DNA from: Dehalococcoidia bacterium UBA1162
GTDB lineage: Bacteria > Chloroflexota > Dehalococcoidia > GIF9 > UBA5629
Direction of reading: 5' to 3'
Assembly: GCA_002311135.1 (NCBI GenBank)
Contig: DBZK01000010.1
Location: 34,755 to 98,754, forward strand
Length of the DNA: 64,000 nt
Shown here one piece after another: positions 1 to 9,976 of the stretch; the first letter of the stretch is position 1, and every line of letters starts with the position of its first letter. Under the pieces are notes generated by a model. That model worked only from the letters and a program-made list of their open reading frames with translations, was not told the origin of the DNA and made no database searches. A program made the translations under genes and the position numbers.

Positions 1-204
1 GCTACTACGATTCTGTACATTGGCTTATGTCGGGCGCCTATTCTTCTTAACCTGATTTTTACCATGATCTCAGTCTAACTTAATTAGTCCTCCATTTTTA
101 TTCGCTATTATGCATGAAGCATATGTACCTGTCAACAATATCACCGATTGACCCACACTCGTTTTGACTGGAAACAAGAATAGTTTCCCAAATGAAAAGC
201 GGTT

Positions 205-669
205 TTATTCCACTGTAAAGGGAATGGATAGCTTTTCGACGCCGTTTACCGATATGACCACCTTATAATCGCCTTTGTCCCAACTGCCGGCATTGGGCGC
301 ATCGAGATAAAATGCCAGATAGTAGCTGCTGGAATCACTCTGCACAACAGTGTAAGTCTCATTTATCAGGGTATTCTCTTTACCCACAGCTTCGCCCTTA
401 AGATAATACCAGCTTGCTTTAATCATATCTTGGGGAGCAACGCCGGATACCTTAAATGAACAGTAAATCGCTTTGGTGTCGGGAGCGAATGAGGTCCTGA
501 CAGGGCTGGTCGGCATGGAGTCGTTATCGACTGAGGTTGTCATAACACCAGCAGTTACAGACGAATTACTGGGCTTGGCGGCTGGAGTGGCGCTTCCCCC
601 GCCTGAGCACGCCGAAACAAAACATAAAGCTGCAAGGATGGCGATCATAAAAGCTGATTTCGATTTCAT
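205..669 (-). CDS. Hypothetical lipoprotein (signal peptide with lipobox, Cys-containing N-terminus)
   Basis: ORF of 154 aa. N-terminus MKSKSAFMIAILAALCFVSACSGG is a typical lipoprotein signal. No recognisable catalytic motif. Confidence 0.45.
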   Translation of the reverse strand: MKSKSAFMIAILAALCFVSACSGGGSATPAAKPSNSSVTAGVMTTSVDNDSMPTSPVRTSFAPDTKAIYCSFKVSGVAPQDMIKASWYYLKGEAVGKENTLINETYTVVQSDSSSYYLAFYLDAPNAGSWDKGDYKVVISVNGVEKLSIPFTVE

Positions 670-735
670 ATATTTACTCCGGGCCTTACGTTAATCTATG
701 CAATTGTCCCGTATGCAATTTTAGAACCAACCATA

Positions 736-1626
736 TTAATTTTCAATTTTCGTAGGTACATAAGTGCTGTAGGAAAGGCCAACCAACCCGGGACCGGTAT
801 GCACACCCATTACAGGAGTGAAATCCTGAATATATACCTGCCGGCAGGATGGCCGGCGACTGATTTCCTGTGATAGCACATTTGCTTCCTCCGCCGCATT
901 GGTATGCTGGATCATTGCCCGAAAAGGTTGGCTTCCCGTCCTGTGTTTCAAGATCTCAACAATCTGTGCCATAGCCTTTTGCCTGCTGCGGGCACGCCCC
1001 AACAACATAACTCCGCGGCCTAAAGGCCGTAACTCGATTATGGGCTTGATTTTGAGCAGTGAATTAGCCCACGCCACCACCTGGGGGACTCTCCCACCCC
1101 TGGCAAGGTATTCAAGCGTTTCAAGAAACACTACTACATGAACATCCTGCATTGCATCCCTGGCAACTTGCAAAACGCCGTCCAGATTACCACTGTCCTG
1201 TGCCTGGAGCGCAGCATCCAGGACAACAAATCCCTGTGCTCCGGCGGCCGTCCCACTATCCAGCACTTCCACTGCAGTCGTATAGGCTTTTTCCTTAAAT
1301 AGCCGGGCGGCGATTGTGGCTGATTCATATACATGCGTCAGTTTTGTGGAAGGGCATATTACCAGGACATCCTTCCCCTCCGCCGCCAATTCTTCATAGA
1401 TTTCCAGGAAAGTTTCGGGCGGCGGTGCACTGGTCGTTGCAAGCTCATCTGAATCTGCGAACATCTGGTAGAAACTGGAAGCTGTGAGGTCTATGCCATC
1501 GCGATAAACCCGGCCCTTATAAATAACCTCAAGCGGCACCACCCTGATCTTATAATTCTCTATGACGTCCCTGGGCAAACAGGCGACAGTATCGGTAACG
1601 ATGGCAACGGGCATCCCCCTATCCAC
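736..1626 (-). CDS. DegV family fatty-acid-binding protein
   Basis: 296 aa. The N-terminal VAIVTDTVACLP and overall length and composition are typical of DegV/EDD-domain proteins. Confidence 0.7.
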   Translation of the reverse strand: MDRGMPVAIVTDTVACLPRDVIENYKIRVVPLEVIYKGRVYRDGIDLTASSFYQMFADSDELATTSAPPPETFLEIYEELAAEGKDVLVICPSTKLTHVYESATIAARLFKEKAYTTAVEVLDSGTAAGAQGFVVLDAALQAQDSGNLDGVLQVARDAMQDVHVVVFLETLEYLARGGRVPQVVAWANSLLKIKPIIELRPLGRGVMLLGRARSRQKAMAQIVEILKHRTGSQPFRAMIQHTNAAEEANVLSQEISRRPSCRQVYIQDFTPVMGVHTGPGLVGLSYSTYVPTKIEN

Positions 1627-1726
1627 CTTCTGCCTTATTTTTACTGCGATGTAAAAACATTTTGCTCTTCATGGCACGCTATTACCGCTGCCGGGCTCTC
1701 GTGCTGCGAAAAGCAGCATGGAGACA

Positions 1727-2449
1727 TCACTTTACTTTAGATTTAGCGCCGAAAGGACATACTTGGACGCAAATGCCGCAGGCCTCAATGCCTAACTTTT
1801 GTTTACGTTCCTGCCAGATATATTGCAAACACTTATGGGCATCCATCCTGGCTGCCCTGGGCTCTTTGGAGTCGAAATTCCGCCCGGTGAAGGCCCCCGC
1901 AGGGCAACTTGAAACGCAAAGGTTACAGCCTCCGCACCCTTTGCCGGCGTAAGGCTGGCCGGCCGGGGTCACGAAATCGGTAAGCACCGTACCCCACCTC
2001 ACCCTCGAACCACGGTCGGGAGTTATCAACAGGCAACTCTTGCCTATCCATCCAAGCCCGGCAAGATTGGCTGCCTTCTTGTGTGAAAATAGACCCGCCA
2101 GATTTGGAGCATCTACGGTGTGGCTGGCAGGAATAGCCAGAGCTTGATATCCCGCTTGCGTGAGCGCGCCGGCTACGGAAAGTGTAATATCGTTAATGCG
2201 CGGATTTATAACCTCGTAAACATGATACCTGTAATTGTTGAGCGCAAAGAGATCGTCGGTATTCTTTAGCGCATCAACTATATCATCGAGCAAAGGAAAA
2301 CCTATGGATATTGCGGTTTTGTACCTGGAAATTAATTTTGATTCGTATGCGGAGGCAGTGTCATTCCCGGCCCGTTCAAGATCGGCCACTCCCAGGTAAG
2401 CGGCACCCATCGCCAGTGTTATCTTTTTGATCTTTTGTCTCAGTTCCAA
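1727..2449 (-). CDS. queG: Epoxyqueuosine reductase QueG-like, short-form Fe-S protein
   Basis: 240 aa with the motifs SHKKAANLAGLGWIGKSCLLITP, CGGCNLCVSSCPAGAF, CLQY and CGICVQVCPFG. These match the QueG core, but the protein lacks the C-terminal HEAT-like extension. Confidence 0.5.
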   Translation of the reverse strand: MELRQKIKKITLAMGAAYLGVADLERAGNDTASAYESKLISRYKTAISIGFPLLDDIVDALKNTDDLFALNNYRYHVYEVINPRINDITLSVAGALTQAGYQALAIPASHTVDAPNLAGLFSHKKAANLAGLGWIGKSCLLITPDRGSRVRWGTVLTDFVTPAGQPYAGKGCGGCNLCVSSCPAGAFTGRNFDSKEPRAARMDAHKCLQYIWQERKQKLGIEACGICVQVCPFGAKSKVK

Positions 2450-2558
2450 GTGAACCAGCCTCTCATGTTCTTATGCAAATATTACCCGCAAAATGCAACC
2501 ATGTAAATCAAAGGACGTTATTTGTATTATGCAGTATCCAGCCATTATAATCAGCTTT

Positions 2559-3245
2559 ATGGAAATCGAGGGGATGCATGGTTGGGATCTCAAACCCCCA
2601 GAAGCCCGTTTATTGCAAGAGATGTTAGCCGGCAACGTAGTCCGCTCAAATATCGCCATCAGACCCCAAACAATCGCTGGCATCGACGTATCAGTATCAC
2701 GTTTTTCCAGGACGGGGCGTGCGGCCGTTGTTGTCTTAAGCTATCCTTCCCTGGAACTGATCGATATTGCCACTGCTGAAGACGAAATCAACTTCCCTTA
2801 TATACCCGGGCTGCTTTCATTCAGGGAAGCACCGCTGGTCATCAAAGCCTTCCAAAAGTTGAATTGCAGGCCGGACATGATCATGGTGGATGGACAAGGC
2901 ATTGCCCACCCGCGCCGGTTGGGGATTGCCTCTCACCTGGGGCTTTTCATGGATATTATCAGCATTGGATGCGCTAAATCCCGTTTAATCGGCACACATG
3001 ATAGCTTGCCACCGGAGAAGGGGGCCTCTAAACCCCTGATTGACCAGGATGAGATAATCGGCGCTGTAGTCAGGACGAAGCATGCCGTCAACCCTCTCTT
3101 TATCTCGATCGGCCATAAGATCGATCTGAACCAATCCGTATCATTTGTTCTCAGTTGCTGCCGCGGCTTCCGCCTTCCTGAACCTACCAGGCTGGCGCAT
3201 ATGGCAGCCTGCGGAACGCTAAAATCCAACAAACTTGTAAGTTAA
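2559..3245 (+). CDS. nfi: Endonuclease V (deoxyinosine 3' endonuclease)
   Basis: Strong similarity to the Endo V core (IAGIDVS, YIPGLLSFRE, DGQGIAHPRRLGIASHLG, NPLFISIGH, LPEPTRLAH). The ORF track starts at 2493, but the internal ATG at 2559 (MEIEGMHGWDL) fits Endo V length better. Confidence 0.8.
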   Translation: MEIEGMHGWDLKPPEARLLQEMLAGNVVRSNIAIRPQTIAGIDVSVSRFSRTGRAAVVVLSYPSLELIDIATAEDEINFPYIPGLLSFREAPLVIKAFQKLNCRPDMIMVDGQGIAHPRRLGIASHLGLFMDIISIGCAKSRLIGTHDSLPPEKGASKPLIDQDEIIGAVVRTKHAVNPLFISIGHKIDLNQSVSFVLSCCRGFRLPEPTRLAHMAACGTLKSNKLVS

Positions 3246-3262
3246 TATAACAGGAAAGAACT

Positions 3263-4367
3263 ATGCTGGAAGAAAAGAACCGGATCGAAGAGCTTCACCG
3301 CAGGATATCTGCGATTATGGAGCATCTTTGACATCGCAGGCAAAGAAAAGGAACTGGCGGCCCTGGAGGCAAAGACATCTGACCCACAATTCTGGTCGGA
3401 CCAGCAGAAAGCCCAGCTTATAATGAAGCAGATAGGCGCACTCAAAGATAGCGTCTCGACCTGGAACGAGATCAGTAAGAAGTCCTCTGAAATCTCCGAG
3501 GTCATTAATATCGCACTGGCGGAAAACGATGAGTCGCTCAAAGACGATATCCAGAAGGAAATCGACAGGCTCACTTCCCTCTTCGATGAAATGGAGACCC
3601 AGCTTATGCTGGATGGGCCCTACGATGCCAGGGACGCCATCTTGGCGGTGCATTCCGGGGCGGGGGGGACCGAGTCGCAGGACTGGGCGCAGATGCTGAT
3701 ACGCATGTTCCTGCGCTGGGCTGAACGGCGCAAATTCAAAGCCGATGTGCTGGATGTGTCGCCCGGCGACGAAGCCGGCATCAAGAACGCCACTATCGAG
3801 ATTAAGGGCAACTTCGCTTTCGGCAACCTCAAATCCGAACATGGTGTGCACAGGCTGGTGAGGCTGTCACCGTTCGACGCCGACCATGCCAGGCATACAT
3901 CATTCGCGTTGGTGGAAGTCATGCCGGTCGCCGAAGAAAAGACGGACCTGCAGATAAGTCCCGATGATATTAGGATCGATACATTCCGCTCCAGCGGCCC
4001 GGGAGGCCAGCATATGCAAAAGACCAGCAGCGCGGTTAGAATTACACATATACCGTCGGGGCTGGTGGTAAGCTGCCAGAGCGAGCGGTCGCAGCACCAG
4101 AATAAGGAAAGCGCCCTGAGGGTATTATATGCTCGCCTGCTTGAACTGGAGATCGAAACAAGGGCGCAGGAGCAGGCCAAGATCAAAGGCAAACGAATAG
4201 ACGCCGGCTGGGGCAACCAGATACGCAGCTACGTTCTGCAGCCCTACAAAATGGTCAAGGATCACAGGACTGAACATGAGACCAGCAACACAACCGCGGT
4301 GCTGGATGGATATATAGATGATTTCATAAACGCCTACCTGCGCTCGAAAGTTGGAGAAGATAAATGA
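3263..4367 (+). CDS. prfB: Peptide chain release factor 2, requiring a programmed +1 ribosomal frameshift at CTT TGA C (3326-3332)
   Basis: The short frame-0 ORF MLEEKNRIEELHRRISAIMEHL ends at an in-frame TGA inside the canonical CUU UGA C slippery site, with a GGAG SD-like element 3 nt upstream. The +1 frame continues DIAGKEKELAALE... into the 314-aa RF2 body, which carries the GGQ motif (SGPGGQHMQKTSSAVRITHIPSG). Confidence 0.9.
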
Positions 4368-5569
4368 TCAGGAAAGTCTCAATTATATTAATCGTCATAC
4401 TGGCACTTTTTATACCGACGGCAGCCTCGGCTGACAGCGGCATCAAGCTAATAAGTTCAGATACCAAGGTGGATTTCCCAGCTTCACTGACATTTAACAT
4501 CAAGGCCGAAAGCCAGGCGCCGATAACACGTATCAGGCTGCGCTATACAGTAGATCAGATGACATATACGCCCACCTTTGCAGAGGTATGGCCCGATTTT
4601 AAGCCGGATAAAAGCGTCTCCACGAGTTGGAGCTGGGACATGCGTACCGGCGACCTGCCGCCGGGCGCCAAAGTAGATTACTGGTGGGTCATCGAGGACA
4701 GCTCCGGAAACAAGTTGACCACCCCGCAACAGACTGTTTCCTTCGATGATACCAACCACAAGTGGATGCAGGTCAACGACGATAATATATCTGTCCATTG
4801 GTACGAGGGCGATACGGACTTTGCCAACAGCCTGCTCAAAGCAGCGGTTACCGCTAAAAATATACAGGAGCACGATACCGGCGCATCGATTGACCAGCCG
4901 GTAAACGTGTATATATATGGCAGCCAACCGGACCTTCTAAACTCCATGATATCGGCCCAGGAATGGACGGGAGGAAGGGCCCGCCCGGAGTTCAATACTA
5001 TATTGCTGTTCGTCTCCCCCTCCGATCTGGATTGGGGTGAGAAAGCGGTAGCCCATGAGATGGGCCACCTGGTAACGCATCAGATTACGTCGAGTCCCTA
5101 CGGTGATGATCTTCCTCCGTGGTTGGACGAGGGGCTGGCCATGCACGCAGAGGGTGCACAAAGCGATTCAGATATTTCCTTGCTGAAAGACGCAATCTCC
5201 GCCGGCAACATACCCAGCCTGCAATCGCTCTCAAGCCCTTTTTCGGCTGATCCTCAGGAGGCTTACGTCGACTATGCAGAAAGCCAGAGTGTTATTGATT
5301 TCCTGATAAATAAATTCGGCAATGACAAGATGAACCAACTGCTGGTCAACGTGAACAATGGCTATTCCATGGACGATGCGTTAACGAAAGTATATGGGCT
5401 AAATTTGGACGATCTTTATTCCGCCTGGCTCAAATATATGACACCCGCATCTAACGGCGATGAAGTCCATCACAACATCACACGGCTTGAATCGCCCTCC
5501 ACACCTGTGGCCATCGGCATGTTTTTCCTAAGCCCGCAGCAAATCGAAGTCGCCGCAGGAGCAATTTAA
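4364..5569 (+). CDS. Secreted putative zinc metallopeptidase (zincin-like, HEXXH)
   Basis: 401 aa with signal peptide MIRKVSIILIVILALFIPTAASA, an HEMGHLVTH motif and a downstream glutamate (DEGLAMHAEG). Its start overlaps the prfB stop (ATGA). Confidence 0.5.
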   Translation: MIRKVSIILIVILALFIPTAASADSGIKLISSDTKVDFPASLTFNIKAESQAPITRIRLRYTVDQMTYTPTFAEVWPDFKPDKSVSTSWSWDMRTGDLPPGAKVDYWWVIEDSSGNKLTTPQQTVSFDDTNHKWMQVNDDNISVHWYEGDTDFANSLLKAAVTAKNIQEHDTGASIDQPVNVYIYGSQPDLLNSMISAQEWTGGRARPEFNTILLFVSPSDLDWGEKAVAHEMGHLVTHQITSSPYGDDLPPWLDEGLAMHAEGAQSDSDISLLKDAISAGNIPSLQSLSSPFSADPQEAYVDYAESQSVIDFLINKFGNDKMNQLLVNVNNGYSMDDALTKVYGLNLDDLYSAWLKYMTPASNGDEVHHNITRLESPSTPVAIGMFFLSPQQIEVAAGAI

Positions 5570-5574
5570 GGCAC

Positions 5575-6261
5575 ATGGAGAAATCATTTACCATGCACGA
5601 TCTGCCCATGTCGGAGAGGCCGCGTGAGCGTCTGCAGAAGCACGGGGCGGAAGCCCTTTCCACGGCGGAACTGCTGGCTCTGCTCATGGGCAGAGGAACC
5701 AGGGGACAGCCGGTAATGCTGACCGCTCAAAAATTGCTGTCCAAATTCGGCAACCTGCAAAATATCGGCTCGGCATCGATCGAAGAGCTATCTGAAATAG
5801 AGGGCATCGGCCCGGCCAAGGCCTGCCAGATCAAGGCTGCCTTGGAGCTGTCCAAAAGAATGGATGCCCCCGATTACAAGAAAGGCAGGCCCGTAAAATC
5901 ACCCGAGGAAGCTGTAGATTCGATCAGGAGCATGCTCAAAGGCAAGAAAAAAGAGCACTTTTACCTCCTTTGCCTGGACACAAGAAACCGTGTTACTAAC
6001 GTGGATCAGATCTCAATTGGAAACCTGGACAGCAGCATCGTCCACCCCCGCGAGGTATTTAAAACTGCCATTTCCTGTCTGGCGGCATCCGTTATTTTCG
6101 TGCATAACCATCCCTCCGGCGACCTGGAGCCGTCGTCAGAGGATATAAACCTTACCAAACGACTGACTGAGGCGGGTGAACTGGTGGGCATTCCCGTCCT
6201 TGACCATATCATAGTCTGCGATAAAGACTTCACAAGCTTGAAATCAAGGAATTTAATTTGA
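5575..6261 (+). CDS. radC: RadC-family (JAB/MPN domain) DNA repair protein
   Basis: LPMSERPRERL N-terminus, HhH region, and a C-terminal JAMM-like HNHPSGDLEPSSED motif. Confidence 0.8.
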   Translation: MEKSFTMHDLPMSERPRERLQKHGAEALSTAELLALLMGRGTRGQPVMLTAQKLLSKFGNLQNIGSASIEELSEIEGIGPAKACQIKAALELSKRMDAPDYKKGRPVKSPEEAVDSIRSMLKGKKKEHFYLLCLDTRNRVTNVDQISIGNLDSSIVHPREVFKTAISCLAASVIFVHNHPSGDLEPSSEDINLTKRLTEAGELVGIPVLDHIIVCDKDFTSLKSRNLI

Positions 6262-6270
6262 GGTCAATGT

Positions 6271-7884
6271 ATGTTCAGAAAACAACTTTTTAACTTTCTC
6301 GGCATAATTACCATCGTAGTTTGCCTGCTGGCCGCGGCACCCGGCTGTAGTCTATTAACGAAAGCCACCGAAAATATACCTCTGGAGCAACTTTCGGGCC
6401 CGACCCTGAACCTGTGGGACCAGGGGCCCCTGACGCTCGACCCGGCCATCTCGAGTGAGATGGCATCCCAAATTTACATCTTGCATATTTTCAGCGGCCT
6501 GGTAAGGTTCGACTCCGATCTGAAGCCGGTCCCCGATATAGCCGATCACTGGAATATCAGCGATGACGGAAAAACCTATACCTTCTACCTGCGCAACGAT
6601 GTGAAATTCCACGATGGAAGGCCATTGACGGCGCAGGATTTTAAGTTCTCTCTGGAGAGGGCCTGTAACCCTGCCACGGGCTCTCAGACAGCCTCCACTT
6701 ATCTAAATGACATAGTGGGCGCCCCTGAAATGATCAGCGGGAAAGCGGACAATTTGAGCGGGGTGACAATAGTTGATGACTACACGCTGAAAATCACCAT
6801 CGATGCCCCCAAGGCCTATTTCCTATCCAAACTTGCTTACCCGACCGCCTTTGCCGTGGATAAGAAAAACGTAGAATCCGGCCCCAACTGGTGGAAGAAG
6901 CCCGTCGGGACCGGCCCCTACAAGCTTACGAAATGGGACGAGGGATCGTTAATACTCCTACAGCCAAATGAATACTATTACGGCGAGAAAGGTAAGGTCA
7001 ATGTGGCATTTAATCTGTTATCCGGAATGCCAATGTCGCTTTATGAGACCGGCAAGATAGACGTGGTTGATGTTTACAAGAACAATATCGACCGTGCCAT
7101 GGATAAAGAGGGCCCGTTCTATGACCAGTTGCACATCTACCCCGAGTTCAGCCTGCAATACATAGGGTTCAATACCAGTAAACCGCCTTTTGATGACGTG
7201 TACGTCAGGCAGGCCTTTTGTTACGCAGTGAATAAGGACCGCATCATTAGCGTTCTGCAAAAGAACATGGTTGCCGCAGCCGGCGGCATCATACCGCCCG
7301 GCATGCCGGGCTATAACAAGGATGTTAAGGGACTGAACTATGACCCGGACAAGGCCAGAGAATTGCTGGCGAAATCAAAATATGGCTCGGCGGACAAACT
7401 GCCTCCCATCACCATGACCATGCCCGGGACCGGAGCCAATGTAGACGATTTCATCGGCGCAATTCTGCTGGACTGGAAACAAAACCTGGGCGTCACGGTC
7501 AACGTGAGGCTGCTGGACCCCCTGGTATTTAATTATCACCTGTTCGACGAAGGAGATGAGATATATACCCTGGGTTGGATAGCCGACTATCCCGATCCCG
7601 AGGACTTCCTTAACACACTGTTCTACACCGGCAGCCAATGGAACAACAGCCATTATTCCAACAAGGATTTGGACGCTTTATTGGACCGCGCTGCGGTGGA
7701 TATGGACCAAAACGAGCGTACGACGCTTTATCAGCAGGCAGAGCAACTAGTGGTAGACCAGGCGCCGGTCCTTCCGTTGTGGTTCAGCAAAAATTATATC
7801 CTGGTTAATCCCCGGGTACACGGTTTTGATATCGATCCGCTGGGCGTACCCCACCTCAACCTGGTTACACTGGGACAACCTTAG
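6271..7884 (+). CDS. ABC transporter substrate-binding lipoprotein, family 5 (peptide/nickel type)
   Basis: 537 aa with lipoprotein signal (LLAAAPGCSL) and family-5 SBP architecture and length. Confidence 0.75.
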   Translation: MFRKQLFNFLGIITIVVCLLAAAPGCSLLTKATENIPLEQLSGPTLNLWDQGPLTLDPAISSEMASQIYILHIFSGLVRFDSDLKPVPDIADHWNISDDGKTYTFYLRNDVKFHDGRPLTAQDFKFSLERACNPATGSQTASTYLNDIVGAPEMISGKADNLSGVTIVDDYTLKITIDAPKAYFLSKLAYPTAFAVDKKNVESGPNWWKKPVGTGPYKLTKWDEGSLILLQPNEYYYGEKGKVNVAFNLLSGMPMSLYETGKIDVVDVYKNNIDRAMDKEGPFYDQLHIYPEFSLQYIGFNTSKPPFDDVYVRQAFCYAVNKDRIISVLQKNMVAAAGGIIPPGMPGYNKDVKGLNYDPDKARELLAKSKYGSADKLPPITMTMPGTGANVDDFIGAILLDWKQNLGVTVNVRLLDPLVFNYHLFDEGDEIYTLGWIADYPDPEDFLNTLFYTGSQWNNSHYSNKDLDALLDRAAVDMDQNERTTLYQQAEQLVVDQAPVLPLWFSKNYILVNPRVHGFDIDPLGVPHLNLVTLGQP

Positions 7885-7911
7885 CCGGTATCATTAAAAG
7901 GAGACAATACT

Positions 7912-8346
7912 ATGGTGAAGAAAAATTTGCTGGAAGCGCCCTGCGGCATTCACTGCGGTTTGTGTCCTCTGCACCTTGCCATTACTGACGAGGCCTTAAG
8001 AAAACGCCTTGCCGAGAGGTTGAATATGCCGCCGGACAAAGTGGTTTGCCCGGGATGCCGGGCCGTCGACGGTTTCTGCCCTGTAATATCGGAGCAATGC
8101 GCCACATGGCTATGTGTAAAGAAAAAGGGAGTCGAGTTCTGCTGCGAGTGTGCCGATTTCCCCTGCGTTAAACTGGCGCCCTGCGCCGACAAAGCACCGC
8201 TGCGCCCCCACAATATCAAGGTCTACAGCCTGACGCTCAGAAAGACGAAAGGGGCTTACGAGTGGAGCAAAGCCATCGTGGAAATCTATAATCTTTACTA
8301 TAAGGGCGAGATGGTTATAGGCCGCGGCCCTGTTTTAAAGCAGTAA
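7912..8346 (+). CDS. Cys-rich DUF3795-like protein
   Basis: 144 aa with clustered Cys motifs CGIHCGLCP, CPGCRA and CCECADFPC. Confidence 0.45.
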   Translation: MVKKNLLEAPCGIHCGLCPLHLAITDEALRKRLAERLNMPPDKVVCPGCRAVDGFCPVISEQCATWLCVKKKGVEFCCECADFPCVKLAPCADKAPLRPHNIKVYSLTLRKTKGAYEWSKAIVEIYNLYYKGEMVIGRGPVLKQ

Positions 8347-8353
8347 CAATCCT

Positions 8354-9976
8354 CTAACCCCAAAGGTCGTCCAGGCCGTCCGTTTTGTGTGCTTTTTCCC
8401 CGGATGAAGTCGGGCCCAGTTCTTTATAAGAGTCCGCCGAACCGTATTCCCTGACCTTAACCACTACCGGCATCGGCAGGGCATGGCCGAAGATTAATGC
8501 CTGTTGCTTCGATTCGAGCTTGGACAGTACCGCTTTGAGCTCGCTCTTACCCGATACGCCGGTCAGCACCGTATCCACGTCCTTTTCATTATCCAAAAGG
8601 CAGGTGATCTTGGTGCCGAGCTGGGACATCACCTCTTCATCGATGCCGCTGGGCCGCTGGTCGATTACCAGCATGGTAACGTTGTATTTGCGCATCTCAC
8701 GGGCGATCTTGCCGAAGATGGTCTGCGAAGAGATTTCCGGGCTAAGAAAGCGGTGAGCCTCTTCGATGGTTATTACAAGCTGGTCCGGTTTTTTAGTATC
8801 GGCCGACGTGGCGATATCCACCATTTCACGATAGCGGTCATAAATACGCCTGGTCAGCAGGTTGGCCACCAGCACATAGGCCGCAATATCGTCGTAGCCG
8901 CCGAACTGCAGCACCACGCTCTTGCCGTGGCTGATATACTCCAGAATTGTGGTGACGGTATTCTCGGGCGCGTGTGGTACCAGGAATTTGAAGCGCTGCA
9001 GCATTCTGAGCCCACGTAGAAGGTTCTTCCAGGTGCTTTCGGCAATATCATGATTGCTTGCAAATTCCTTATCGCCCGAATCGAATAAATCCAGGGCCGA
9101 CTGCAGCCATTTATCATCGCCGAAGTGCCTGGCCAGTTCATAGACAGCCTGCACCGCAAGGTCGGTGAGGTTGAGTACGCTGCGCAGCATCTGCATATCT
9201 TCAGGCTCGATCTCATCGTAGCCGATCTTGACGACGAAATCCGATTTAACCTTCCTGCGCTGGTCGTATTTCTCATCCAGGGAAAAAACCGCCACTTTGC
9301 CCGGAAAGAGCTGTTTCAAACCTTTGACTTTGTGGTCCTTCTCGCTGGTGCCCTCCCAGCCATATTCGTTGTGCATATCAAAGATCAGGCTGGTAGTGCG
9401 GCTTTTTTGCAACATGCCGATCAATAAGAGACGCGTAAGGAAGGTCTTGCCCGTTCCGCTCTTGCCGAAAACGCCGTTGGACCGCTTGACCAACTCCTCC
9501 ATGTCCAGGCAGATACGGGTCTCCATATCCAGCGGGGTGCCGACATAGAACCTCTGTTTATCCTCCTTCCCGAAAACCATTTCGACGTCGGACTGCGAGG
9601 CCAGCTCTACCCCGGCGAAGTGAGGGGGCACCGTTTTAGCGGGCTGCGGGCCTTCTGTATCGCCGGCAATACCGCTGATAGTCAGCATGGGCAGAACGCT
9701 CAGTTTACCGTATGTGGTCGTCCCGCAGACTACTTTAGCTATGAAAGGATCGGATATATCGGGGGGCATCACCATGGCGCGTGGGTCCACCGCTTCCAGG
9801 CTGATATCCGTAATCATTCCGAAGAAGCGCTTCTTCTCGCCCTGTATTGCCACATAGCGCCCTACCGTCACGTCCTCAACCGATCTGGCCGGGTCCAGTT
9901 TAACATGCACGCCCTGCGTCAAAGAACCGTAAATAACAGTGCCCAACCTTACATTAGCTTTTTCGTTTTCAGTCAT
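8354..9976 (-). CDS. HerA-like FtsK/HerA-superfamily ATPase (HAS-barrel plus Walker A)
   Basis: 540 aa. The N-terminal HAS-barrel-like segment (VRLGTVIYGS...AIQGEKKRFFGMITDISLEAV), Walker A GVFGKSGTGKTFL and overall size resemble bacterial HerA/DUF87 helicases. Confidence 0.65.
   Translation of the reverse strand: MTENEKANVRLGTVIYGSLTQGVHVKLDPARSVEDVTVGRYVAIQGEKKRFFGMITDISLEAVDPRAMVMPPDISDPFIAKVVCGTTTYGKLSVLPMLTISGIAGDTEGPQPAKTVPPHFAGVELASQSDVEMVFGKEDKQRFYVGTPLDMETRICLDMEELVKRSNGVFGKSGTGKTFLTRLLLIGMLQKSRTTSLIFDMHNEYGWEGTSEKDHKVKGLKQLFPGKVAVFSLDEKYDQRRKVKSDFVVKIGYDEIEPEDMQMLRSVLNLTDLAVQAVYELARHFGDDKWLQSALDLFDSGDKEFASNHDIAESTWKNLLRGLRMLQRFKFLVPHAPENTVTTILEYISHGKSVVLQFGGYDDIAAYVLVANLLTRRIYDRYREMVDIATSADTKKPDQLVITIEEAHRFLSPEISSQTIFGKIAREMRKYNVTMLVIDQRPSGIDEEVMSQLGTKITCLLDNEKDVDTVLTGVSGKSELKAVLSKLESKQQALIFGHALPMPVVVKVREYGSADSYKELGPTSSGEKAHKTDGLDDLWG

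Noticed and set aside
1-204. Possible terminator hairpin downstream of the lipoprotein gene (GAAAAGCGGTTTTATTCCACTGTAAAGGGAATGG...)
   Set aside because: The stem is short and imperfect with no clear T-run, so it is not convincing as an intrinsic terminator.
2493-2558. Upstream extension of endonuclease V to the first in-frame start at 2493
   Set aside because: The extension (MQPCKSKDVICIMQYPAIIISF) has no counterpart in Endo V proteins, and the ATG at 2559 yields the expected length.
3242-3574. 110-aa minus-strand ORF overlapping the prfB 5' region
   Set aside because: It overlaps the prfB frameshift leader and N-terminus and has biased composition. It is explained by the prfB gene on the plus strand.
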